From positions 3,480,001 to 3,512,000 of the forward strand of contig CP126532.1 of the NCBI GenBank assembly GCA_030167145.1: 32,000 bases of DNA, written 5' to 3'. The translations under genes were made by a program, and so were the position numbers. Each line of letters begins with the position of its first letter. Positions within the stretch are counted from its first letter, which is position 1. Shown here one piece after another: positions 8,429 through 16,081 of this stretch. This DNA is from Ktedonobacterales bacterium. GTDB taxonomy: Bacteria > Chloroflexota > Ktedonobacteria > Ktedonobacterales > JADMIN01. The notes beneath the pieces are model-generated. The model worked only from the letters and a program-made list of their open reading frames with translations. It was not told the DNA's origin and ran no database searches.

Positions 8429-8689
8429 GTTGCTTATCCTCCAGGCTACGGTCCAGACTACGGGCGCACCGCCACAGCAAGCGACAACACCACACCCGTC
8501 ACGAACGTGCCATACCGCCATCCCATCGCGGCGTAGACACCCAGCATTCCCGCGCGCCCCGACAGCCGATGATGGCGGGCGACGCGACCAGAGCGCACTC
8601 GCCAGCATACACGCCGGGTTGGAGAGGGTCAAGGATGAGCCAGGGAAAATAGGAGCATTGGGGGGCTGCCCGCCTGCCGGGTGGGCGAT

Positions 8690-8718
8690 TTGCCGCCGTG
8701 CGGCTGGCGTGCTACTAT
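8690..8718 (+). promoter_or_regulatory. Putative sigma70-like promoter (TTGCCG-17 nt-TACTAT) upstream of the small ORF / TIR gene string
   Basis: TTGCCG 8690-8695, 17-nt spacer, TACTAT 8713-8718; about 70 nt upstream of ATG 8787. Sequence match only. Confidence 0.3.
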
Positions 8719-8786
8719 GAGCGCGTCACTATGCGCGCTGGGCGCCTACCGCCTACCAACGACCACCGCAGTTCGAGGTACTCGCT

Positions 8787-9014
8787 ATGGCTGATTCGCA
8801 GCAGCAACACTGGCTCGATCAACAAGCTATCGAACGTCTGGCGCAGCACATCCCCTTCGAGACCGACCCCCAGACCAAAGCCGAATGTATCGAGATGCTG
8901 CGCGGGCTGGTCATCCGCTCCGGGCGCTTCATCAACCGCGACCTGTTCGGCTTCGAGGCCGAGCAGGAGCTACGCCGCCTCGGCCTGTGGGATCGCCTCG
9001 CGGGCGGCGCATAG
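8787..9014 (+). CDS. Small hypothetical protein (75 aa)
   Basis: ATG with GAGGT upstream and strong GC3 bias. MADSQQQHWLDQQAIERLAQHIPFETDPQTKAECIEMLRGLVIRSGRFINRDLFGFEAEQELRRLGLWDRL. No recognisable domain; same strand as and immediately upstream of the TIR triad. Confidence 0.6.
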   Translation: MADSQQQHWLDQQAIERLAQHIPFETDPQTKAECIEMLRGLVIRSGRFINRDLFGFEAEQELRRLGLWDRLAGGA

Positions 9015-9215
9015 GCGCTGGCATTCTCATATCCTCACACCCGAATCCACTGTCGTGGGTTTCGCGGCCAACGGCCATCTGTATAGGGCATGCCATGCCC
9101 GCCGCCGACATGCAATCGTCCGCACGCCTACGCCAAGCATGGGTTGACATGCGCGAACAACGTTGCTATGCTATTGCCGGTGGTGGACGTGGAGCAATGT
9201 GGAGGAGAGGCAGGC

Positions 9216-10259
9216 GTGACGAGGATTCTATTTATCACTCGGTATGATGCCAATACCACTACAGCAAATCGTCTTCGCAATCGTCTCATGGATCTCTTCG
9301 GCCAGCAGACGATATTACAAAATCCGGCCAGCCTCCCCCATCGCCCCGACATCGCCCAATATATAGAGGGCATGCTCTACCAGATGGCGATCAACGCTGT
9401 CGTAGTCGTTATCGGACCGGGCTGGGCAGACACGACCGACGCCCAAGGGCAGCGCGCGCTCGACAATCCTTATGATTCCGTGCGCGTGCAGATCGCGGCG
9501 GCGCTCCGCCTCGGCATGTCAGTGATTCCCGTGCAAGTGGATGGAGCACGGTTTCCCAGCCCCGAAACGCTCCCCCCAGACATCCAGCCGCTGCTCAAAC
9601 GCAATGGCATTCCCCTGCGCGAGGGCCAGGATTTCGAGCGCGACGTGCAGCGTCTCACCCGTGCGCTCAGCCATTGGGTCGCGCCACTGCCCTTGCCGCT
9701 CGACGAAGCCCGGAGGCTCTCACGCGGCGCGAACCTGCGCTGGGGATTGGGCTTCGCTGGTTTGGTTACGGTCATCGGCCTGCTCAGCAACGCACTCATC
9801 GTCTCCATGGCCTACGCCACCCACTCCCAGAGTTTGGCAGATCAACTCAGCAATGCAACATTTGTGATTGGCGCTGTCGCGCTCATCTGCGACCTCTTCT
9901 TGTTCTTCCTCGCCGGATACTTCAAGGTTCGCTCGCTAGGAGCCTGGGCCAGCGGCTCTGGCGCTGGCATGCTGGCTGGTGTCGTCGGCGGTGTCGCCTG
10001 CGGCATCATTGATACAATCGCCATGTCTCTCTACATGGTCGCGACGATAGGCGCGAGCGGCAGAGCGGTTGGCCTCGCCGTCGGAATGACTGGGGCGGTC
10101 ATCTTCACAGGACTGGATATTGGTCTAGGAGTGGCGTTCGCCGCGCTCGGCGGCAAACTGGCCCGCCGTCAATTCGCGCGCCCTCTGCCAGCGCAGCCAT
10201 ATGCGCCAGTGTACTCCGCCACGCCTCCCTCGGCGGGTTGGCCGATGCCACACCGCTAG
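9216..10259 (+). CDS. TIR-like domain protein (degenerate TIR, paralog 1) fused to a C-terminal glycine-rich 4-TM module
   Basis: ORF 9090..10259. Start placed at GTG 9216 (GGAGGAGAGG 5 nt upstream); ATG 9168 is an alternative. The N-terminal 150 aa align without gaps to the two downstream TIR proteins (VVVIGPGW..TDAQGQRALDNPYDSVRVQIAAALRLGMSVIPVQVDGA...LPP...DFERDVQRL). Four predicted TM helices rich in G/A follow (WGLGFAGLVTVIGLL..., FVIGAVALICDLFLFFLAGYF, GAGMLAGVVGGVACGII..., AVGLAVGMTGAVIFTGLDIGLGVAFAALGG). Confidence 0.75.
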   Translation: MTRILFITRYDANTTTANRLRNRLMDLFGQQTILQNPASLPHRPDIAQYIEGMLYQMAINAVVVVIGPGWADTTDAQGQRALDNPYDSVRVQIAAALRLGMSVIPVQVDGARFPSPETLPPDIQPLLKRNGIPLREGQDFERDVQRLTRALSHWVAPLPLPLDEARRLSRGANLRWGLGFAGLVTVIGLLSNALIVSMAYATHSQSLADQLSNATFVIGAVALICDLFLFFLAGYFKVRSLGAWASGSGAGMLAGVVGGVACGIIDTIAMSLYMVATIGASGRAVGLAVGMTGAVIFTGLDIGLGVAFAALGGKLARRQFARPLPAQPYAPVYSATPPSAGWPMPHR

Positions 10260-10322
10260 CTGTGGCATGTGGCTCGGCGCGATTGGCCGATGTGCGGGCG
10301 CGGTGTGGATGCCGGCGACTGT

Positions 10323-12017
10323 ATGAAGTTTGGAGGACGTAGGTTGAGTCGAGTGTTCATCTCCTATCGGCGCGATGATAGCGCCGCGATCTGCGGACGC
10401 ATGTACGATCGGCTCGTCGCCGCGTATGGACGCGATGCCATCTTCAAAGATGTAGACTCCATCCCGCTTGGGACCGACTTCGAGCAATATATCGGCTCGA
10501 TTATTCAGCAGAGCGTGGCGCAGGTAGTCGTCATCGGTGCGCGCTGGCTCAACATCACCGATGCGAACGGCCACCGCCGCCTGGACAACCCGCGCGATGT
10601 GGTGCGGCTGGAAATAGAATCGGCGCTCCGGCGCGGCCTACCCGTCATTCCCGTGCTGGTCAATGGTGCAGTGATGCCGCCGCCCGATCAATTGCCGCCA
10701 AGCCTTCAGCAACTCGCCTGGCTGCCAGGGATACCCATCCGGCTCGATCCCGACTTCGACGGCGATATGCAGCGGCTCATCACGACACTCGCCCAATGGC
10801 TGCGCGCGCGCCAACCGCCCAGCGCGCAACCCCACGCCGCGCAGGTCGGTCCATGGCCGGTGACCACGCCAACTTCATATGGCGCTCCTCCTGCATACAC
10901 GCAGGGCGCCGCGCCGATAGGCGCATACCCATCGCAAGCAGGCGCTTACGGCGTGGCCGTGTATCCATCCAGTGGATATAGTCAAGCCGCGTATCAGCAG
11001 ACGCCAGTCGCGCCTTACGCCCCTGGTCCGCTTGCTCCGCACGCGAGCGCCGCCTCGAAACGATCTAAGCGTGGCCTCTGGATCGCCATGAGCATCGTCG
11101 CCGTCCTGGCGCTGCTCATTGGCGGCGGCAGCCTCGCCTTCCTCTTCGCAGCTTCACAAGCCACCCCCTATGCTGGCACAGAATCGTTCACGGACATCAT
11201 TGCCACCCAGAGCGGGCAGTGCTGGGCCGTCGGCTCGAATGGAACCATTATCCATACCCAGAACGGCGTGTGGTATCAGGATCAAAGTCCAACCCATGAA
11301 TTCTTGGAGAGCATAGCCATGTCTCAGGATGGCAAGCTCGGCTGGGCCGTCGGCGATAACGGCGTCATCGTGGGCTATGCGAACGGCAAATGGACGCTCT
11401 ACCCCACCGTTACCTCCATCCGGCTGCTGAGCGTCTCCATTCTGCCCGATGGCAGCGAAGGCTGGGCCGTCGGCACGGACACTGGTGGTCAGGCAATTAT
11501 TCTGCGCTATCACAATGGCGCATGGACCATCCGAGACCAGCAAGCTAGTGATATTTTCTTGAGGGCTGTAGTGGCAATCTCGCCCTCCGATGCCTGGATC
11601 GGCGGCGTTTCGTTATTTCACTTCAATGGCAAAGAGTGGAGCATCTACGCCGATGAAGCCAGTGTCAGTCATATGGCGGCGCTCTCAGCCTCCGATATCT
11701 GGGGCGCGGGCTTTAGTGGAGTGCTGCACTACGATGGCTCGGTATGGCGGGTGGCCCCCTCATCGGGGCCAAAGGATGCCGTGCTGAATGGGATAGCGAT
11801 GGCGTCACCATCCGAAGGCTGGGCCGTCGGCGACACCGGCATCATCCTGCATTACACCAGCGGCAATTGGGTCGCCTACGCCAATCCGTCCAGCGGGCCG
11901 GATCTCAACGCGGTGGCAATGGTCTCAGCTACCGATGGCTGGATTGTCGGCAGCAATGGCCTCATCATGCGCTACCAGCACGGCGCCTGGACAACCTACA
12001 ACAAAAGCCAATCATGA
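10323..12017 (+). CDS. TIR domain protein (paralog 2, canonical motifs) - PY/AY-rich linker - single TM - 7-bladed beta-propeller (Ycf48/BNR-like) ectodomain
   Basis: ORF 10269..12017. Likely start is ATG 10323, or TTG 10344 (GGAGGA 6 nt upstream, giving M-SRVFISYRRDD). TIR_2-type signature FISYRRDD...VVVIGARW...DNPRDVVRLEIESALRRGLPVIPVLVNGA. SKRSKRG then TM LWIAMSIVAVLALLIGGGSLAFLF. Seven repeats of about 40 aa of the form (D/E)GWAVG-x-G-I/V-hh-Y/H-x-G-x-W. Confidence 0.88.
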   Translation: MKFGGRRLSRVFISYRRDDSAAICGRMYDRLVAAYGRDAIFKDVDSIPLGTDFEQYIGSIIQQSVAQVVVIGARWLNITDANGHRRLDNPRDVVRLEIESALRRGLPVIPVLVNGAVMPPPDQLPPSLQQLAWLPGIPIRLDPDFDGDMQRLITTLAQWLRARQPPSAQPHAAQVGPWPVTTPTSYGAPPAYTQGAAPIGAYPSQAGAYGVAVYPSSGYSQAAYQQTPVAPYAPGPLAPHASAASKRSKRGLWIAMSIVAVLALLIGGGSLAFLFAASQATPYAGTESFTDIIATQSGQCWAVGSNGTIIHTQNGVWYQDQSPTHEFLESIAMSQDGKLGWAVGDNGVIVGYANGKWTLYPTVTSIRLLSVSILPDGSEGWAVGTDTGGQAIILRYHNGAWTIRDQQASDIFLRAVVAISPSDAWIGGVSLFHFNGKEWSIYADEASVSHMAALSASDIWGAGFSGVLHYDGSVWRVAPSSGPKDAVLNGIAMASPSEGWAVGDTGIILHYTSGNWVAYANPSSGPDLNAVAMVSATDGWIVGSNGLIMRYQHGAWTTYNKSQS

Positions 12018-12057
12018 CGTGCGCTAACGCCCGTGCCAGTTCTGAGAGTGAGTTACA

Positions 12058-13257
12058 GTGGGGACAATAGCAATCTCATATCGCAGCGAAGATGGCGCGG
12101 CGACCGCTGGTCGCGTCTATGACCGCCTCGCCGCGCATTTTGGCCGCGAGTCCATTGCGCTCGACTCCGGAGCGCCGCTTGCTGGCCCTGAAGCTGTAGC
12201 GGCGCTTGATGCACGCGTGCGCGGCTACAGTGCGTTCGTCGTCATCATCGGCCCCCACTGGCAGTGGGTCACCGATGCCCAGGGGCGTCCGCGCCTTGAT
12301 GACCCGTTCGATAGCACACACCTGCTCATCGAGGCCGCCTTGCGACAGCGCATCCCTGTACTGCCCGTGCTGGTCGAAGGCGCGAGCGTTCTGGATGCGG
12401 GACGTTTGCCGCGCAGCCTGCACACCCTTGCAGGGATCAGGCCCCTTCTGGGGCGCTACGATCCCGATTTTGAGGGCGATATCCGCGCGCTGATCGCGCA
12501 ATTAGAACAATGGGTGCGTGTTGTTCGCGCCCCGCTCGCCAGCAGCTCTGGCGGTGTCACCTATCCCGTCGTCGTGCGCGTGCGCCGAAAGCCGCGTGCG
12601 CTGCTCGCCGTAGCCGCGCTGGCGCTGGTCATCGCGAGTGGGGGCTACGTTGCGCTGTCTCGCCAGAGCCAGCCGCGCCAGACATCCATCGCTACGCCCA
12701 CACCTAACCCGATTCCATCACCAACTGCCATACCATCCCACAAGCATGTCGTCTACACATCTGCCCTGACATCGCCAGATAGCAATTGGCCCAACGATGC
12801 GCACTGCTACTTTCGGACGGATGGTTACCATGTGACCGACGGCTGGGCCTGTGGCGGACCATTGGATCACGGCAACTTCGACCTTACCGTGCGGGTCACG
12901 CTGACCAACGCCACTCTGCACGTTCCCTGGGCCGACATCCACTTTCGCTCGCAAGACAACAATAACTTCTACGATTTCCTGCTCTATGACGACGGCTCGT
13001 GGGCCTTCTTCCAGGAGGTGATCCAGGTAGATAACGCCATCGTCACCGCGCAACCGAGCCAGGCGATTCACGCGGGCCTGGGAGCTGTCAACACCATCGA
13101 GATTCGTGCGCGCGGCTCAGCATTTCAGTTCTTCGTCAACGGCGTATCCGTCGGCCAGGATCAGGATTCCACCTTCCTCACCCCTGGCAAAATCTACCTC
13201 GGCGCGTCGGGCGCCACCTGCATCTACAGCAATATCACGCTGGCCGTATATGCCTGA
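12058..13257 (+). CDS. TIR domain protein (paralog 3) - single TM - LamG/DUF1080-like beta-jellyroll ectodomain
   Basis: GTG start 12058. IAISYRSEDG...VVIIGPHW..TDAQGRPRLDDPFDSTHLLIEAALRQRIPVLPVLVEGA...DPDFEGDIRAL. RVRRKPR then TM ALLAVAALALVIASGGYVAL. C-terminal pattern GNFDLTVRVTL...IHFRSQDNNNFYDFLLYDDGSWAFF...NTIEIRARGSAFQFFVNGVSVG...GKIYLGASGATCIYSNITL resembles concanavalin-like/DUF1080 domains (moderate confidence). Confidence 0.85.
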   Translation: MGTIAISYRSEDGAATAGRVYDRLAAHFGRESIALDSGAPLAGPEAVAALDARVRGYSAFVVIIGPHWQWVTDAQGRPRLDDPFDSTHLLIEAALRQRIPVLPVLVEGASVLDAGRLPRSLHTLAGIRPLLGRYDPDFEGDIRALIAQLEQWVRVVRAPLASSSGGVTYPVVVRVRRKPRALLAVAALALVIASGGYVALSRQSQPRQTSIATPTPNPIPSPTAIPSHKHVVYTSALTSPDSNWPNDAHCYFRTDGYHVTDGWACGGPLDHGNFDLTVRVTLTNATLHVPWADIHFRSQDNNNFYDFLLYDDGSWAFFQEVIQVDNAIVTAQPSQAIHAGLGAVNTIEIRARGSAFQFFVNGVSVGQDQDSTFLTPGKIYLGASGATCIYSNITLAVYA

Positions 13258-13393
13258 CCAGCAACGACGATAGCGACGCACCTGGCGTCACGCTCCCACT
13301 GGCAACTGCCACGCCCATGCAGTACCATAGCTATGCCGCCATGCGATCAGCACGGCAATCTATCACACGAGCATCGTCAGGAGATTCACCCCC

Positions 13394-13843
13394 TTGGCCG
13401 AGTCCACCACTACCTCCACATCGAACCTATCCACACCACCCGACATCACCGGGCGCATCTGGGAGCGCCACGTCTTCGTCTGCACCAGCGGCGACTGGTG
13501 CCCCCGCAAAGACGGCGACGGCCTGGGCGTCCACGCCAAATTCAAGAAGCTAGTGAAAGAGGCAGGGCTGGGCGGGCGCGTGCGCGTCAACAACAGCGGC
13601 TGCCTCGATCAGTGCGGCCACGGCCCGATGGTGGTGATCTACCCCGAAGCCGTCTGGTATTGGGGCGTGCAGCCCGAAGATGTCGCCGAGATTGTCGCTG
13701 AACATCTCGTCGCCGGGCGGCCCGTCGAGCGCCTGGTCTACCGCAACACGCCGGGCAAGAATAAACTCCCGCGCGACGAGCACGAGCGCCCAATTGGCCG
13801 CCCCGAGCGACTGCCAGCCACACATGCGGAGGAAACCCAGTGA
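13394..13843 (+). CDS. Thioredoxin-like [2Fe-2S] ferredoxin
   Basis: TTG start 13394 (AGGAG upstream). HVFVCTSGDWCPRKDG...NNSGCLDQCGHGPMVVIYPEAVWYWGV has the Cys pattern C-x(n)-C...C-x3-C typical of this family. Confidence 0.8.
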   Translation: MAESTTTSTSNLSTPPDITGRIWERHVFVCTSGDWCPRKDGDGLGVHAKFKKLVKEAGLGGRVRVNNSGCLDQCGHGPMVVIYPEAVWYWGVQPEDVAEIVAEHLVAGRPVERLVYRNTPGKNKLPRDEHERPIGRPERLPATHAEETQ

Positions 13844-14670
13844 AAGTCTACATCTCTACCGACTTCGAGGGTGTCGCGGGCATTGTAGATTGGGACCAGA
13901 TCATGGTCGGCAGCCACGACTACGACCTGGGCCGCCGTCTGCTGCTCGGCGAACTGAACGCGGCCATCGCGGGCGCGCAGGATGCGGGCGCGACCGAATT
14001 CGCCGTCAACGACTCGCATAGCAGCATGCGCAACCTCCCACCCGACCAGATCGCGGGCAACGCCGCGCTTATCAGCGGCAAGCACAAGCCGCTCTATATG
14101 ATGGAGGGGCTGGATAGCTCCTTCGACGCCATCTTCTTCATTGGCTATCACGGCTCCATCGGCGCGAGCCAGGCAATCCTCAGCCACAGCTACAACCCGC
14201 GCGCCATTTGGGAGACGCGGCTCAACGGCGAAATCGTCGGCGAGTCGGCGCTCAACGCGCTCGTCGCCGCGCACTACGGCGTGCCTATTGCGCTCATCAC
14301 CGGCGATCAGGTCACAGCGGAGGAGGCTGCGCGCATCAATCCCGCGCCGCATGCCGTCGCCGTCAAGCGTTCGATCTCGCGCTACGCCGCCGAAAGCCTG
14401 CATCCCACCGTTGCCTGCGAGCGCATCCGCGAGGGCGCGCGGCTGGCGCTCTCCACACAGCGGCCCGCGTCCGCGCCCCAGTTCCCCACGCCCACACAGC
14501 TCGATGTCACCTTCCTCACCGCCGATATGGCCGAGATGGCAGCATGGCTGCGCGGGGTGGAGGTGGTCGCGGGCCAGCCACGCACCATTCGCTACGAGAG
14601 CGCGGACATGCTCGACATCTTCCGCGTCTTCGTCACCATGGTGATGCTCACCCGCGCCCTCGTAGAATAG
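13840..14670 (+). CDS. dppA: D-aminopeptidase DppA (peptidase family M55)
   Basis: MKVYISTDFEGVAGIVDWDQ...NDSHSSMRN...FIGYHGSIG...LITGDQ. GTG start 13840 overlaps the ferredoxin stop (GTGA); GGAGGA lies upstream. Confidence 0.85.
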   Translation: MKVYISTDFEGVAGIVDWDQIMVGSHDYDLGRRLLLGELNAAIAGAQDAGATEFAVNDSHSSMRNLPPDQIAGNAALISGKHKPLYMMEGLDSSFDAIFFIGYHGSIGASQAILSHSYNPRAIWETRLNGEIVGESALNALVAAHYGVPIALITGDQVTAEEAARINPAPHAVAVKRSISRYAAESLHPTVACERIREGARLALSTQRPASAPQFPTPTQLDVTFLTADMAEMAAWLRGVEVVAGQPRTIRYESADMLDIFRVFVTMVMLTRALVE

Positions 14671-14671
14671 G

Positions 14672-14890
14672 CTAATTGCGCGGGCGTCCGCGCACCTCGC
14701 GCGCCAGTGTCGTCACCAGCCCGCCGACTATCAGCCCGATCAGCACCACGCCTACCAGCAGCGCGGGAGCATGCAGTGCCCCCGCCAGCAGTCCGCCCAG
14801 CCCAAATGCCAGCGCCACCGCCACCAGCAAGATCATGTCGCCCGCGAAGAAATTGTACGTGGCTTTCACAGCCCTGGTGATGCGGTTCAT
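14672..14890 (-). CDS. Small 2-TM membrane protein (72 aa)
   Basis: ORF 14672..15040 trimmed to ATG 14890, which overlaps the stop of the upstream gene (ATGA). MNRITRAVKATYNFFAGDMILLVAVALAFGLGGLLAGALHAPALLVGVVLIGLIVGGLVTTLAREV. Confidence 0.6.
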   Translation of the reverse strand: MNRITRAVKATYNFFAGDMILLVAVALAFGLGGLLAGALHAPALLVGVVLIGLIVGGLVTTLAREVRGRPRN

Positions 14891-15717
14891 CGCGCCACCT
14901 CCCCATGCGGCTGCGCTGTCATCTGCCCTGCCGTAGATGCCGCTTTCTTGGGCGCGTAGGGCCGCAGCCACAGGATCAGCAGCCCCGCCACCACCAGATA
15001 GAACACCACCAGCAGCGGCAGCGCGAGATCGCCATGCCACCAGAAGTCTTCGCCCGCGATGCCCTCAGCGCCCCAGAACGTGCCGAAGCTGGTCAGCATG
15101 ATACCGACGACGAACTTCAGCATGTTCTCTGGCACCCGTTGCAGCGGCGCCCGCACCAGCGCCCCCGCGCCCACCACCAGCAGCAGCGCCGCCGCCGCCC
15201 CCACCGTAGCCAGCAGGATGCCCCGCCCACTCGCCGATGTGCTGCCCGCGACGTTGGCCTGCGCGCCGAAGGTAATCACGATGAACGCGACCTCTAAGCC
15301 TTCGAGCAGCACGCTCTTGAACGAGGTCGCGACGCCGAAGGGGTCAATACGTGCCTGATGATGCTCGCCGCGCGCCTTCAGTTCGGCCACCTGCTCCTCG
15401 TAGATCGCCTCCTCATCGTGCAGCGCTTTCAGTCCGGCGTAGCGCAGTATCGCCTTCTTCAGCCATTTCAGGCCGAAGAGCACCAGCAGAATACCGACGA
15501 CTAGGCGCAGCGTCTCAATCGGCACGAACTTCACCAGCGCCGTGCCGAAGATGCCCACGATCACCGCCAGCGCCACCACCGCCAGCCCCATCCCCGCCAG
15601 CGAGCTACGCCAGTTAATCGTCACGCCGATCACCAGCACAATAGTGAATGCCTCGACAAACTCTACCGTCGAGGCCAGAAATGAGGCGATAATTACCGCC
15701 CATAATTGCCCGGTCAC
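14887..15717 (-). CDS. Two-repeat polytopic membrane protein, GDT1/TMEM165-like (COG4280-type), putative cation transporter
   Basis: GTG start 15717. Two homologous halves each begin with an acidic TM motif (STVEFVEAFTIVLVIG and LLEGLEVAFIVITFG), separated by an acidic/His-rich loop (HDEEAIYEEQVAELKARGEHHQ). Function assignment is tentative. Confidence 0.7.
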   Translation of the reverse strand: MTGQLWAVIIASFLASTVEFVEAFTIVLVIGVTINWRSSLAGMGLAVVALAVIVGIFGTALVKFVPIETLRLVVGILLVLFGLKWLKKAILRYAGLKALHDEEAIYEEQVAELKARGEHHQARIDPFGVATSFKSVLLEGLEVAFIVITFGAQANVAGSTSASGRGILLATVGAAAALLLVVGAGALVRAPLQRVPENMLKFVVGIMLTSFGTFWGAEGIAGEDFWWHGDLALPLLVVFYLVVAGLLILWLRPYAPKKAASTAGQMTAQPHGEVAR

Positions 15718-15852
15718 GGTCCACTCCGCTTTCTCTACGCCTGGCCCCGTCCGCGTCGCGCGACCGGTGGCGTTGGCTGCGCGCTATTTACCGGCGCGCT
15801 TGCAGGATATGCCTAGTGTAACATGCCCTGTCACATCCCATATACCAGGCCA

Positions 15853-15953
15853 ATGGTAGGACAGACATTTCTGTCTGTCAGCGGCCAGCATGGTAGGACA
15901 GACATTTCTGTCTGTCGCCGTCCATGCAGCGGGCAGACACGAATGTCCGCCCC
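15853..15953. repeat. Cluster of three REP-like palindromic units: 27-bp perfect direct repeat x2 (each with an 8-bp-stem palindrome) plus a third related hairpin
   Basis: ATGGTAGGACAGACATTTCTGTCTGTC at 15853-15879 and again at 15890-15916 (37-bp period). Each contains GACAGACA-TTTC-TGTCTGTC. A third unit, GGGCAGACA-CGAA-TGTCCGCCC, lies at 15931-15952. All sit in the divergent intergenic region 15718-16081. Confidence 0.85.
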
Positions 15954-16081
15954 ACCGAGACATGGCGTGAACCTCCCGCACGCGCAAGATGCTATACTGC
16001 CTGCGCGGCTCCCCTGCACCGTTGCGGGCGTGGCGCGCATTGCGCGGAATGCACCGCTTCTTCCGAAGGAGTATCTTCCAT

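Noticed and set aside
15718-15860. yybP-ykoY manganese riboswitch upstream of the GDT1/COG4280-like membrane gene
   Set aside because: That riboswitch often precedes this transporter class, but the reverse-strand leader lacks the conserved GGGGAGUAG and UUGACAUA elements.
15853-15916. Possible CRISPR array (two identical 27-bp palindromic repeats)
   Set aside because: There are only two units, the intervening sequence is 10 bp (far too short for a spacer), no further repeats follow at that period, and there are no cas genes in the window. It is better described as REP-like.
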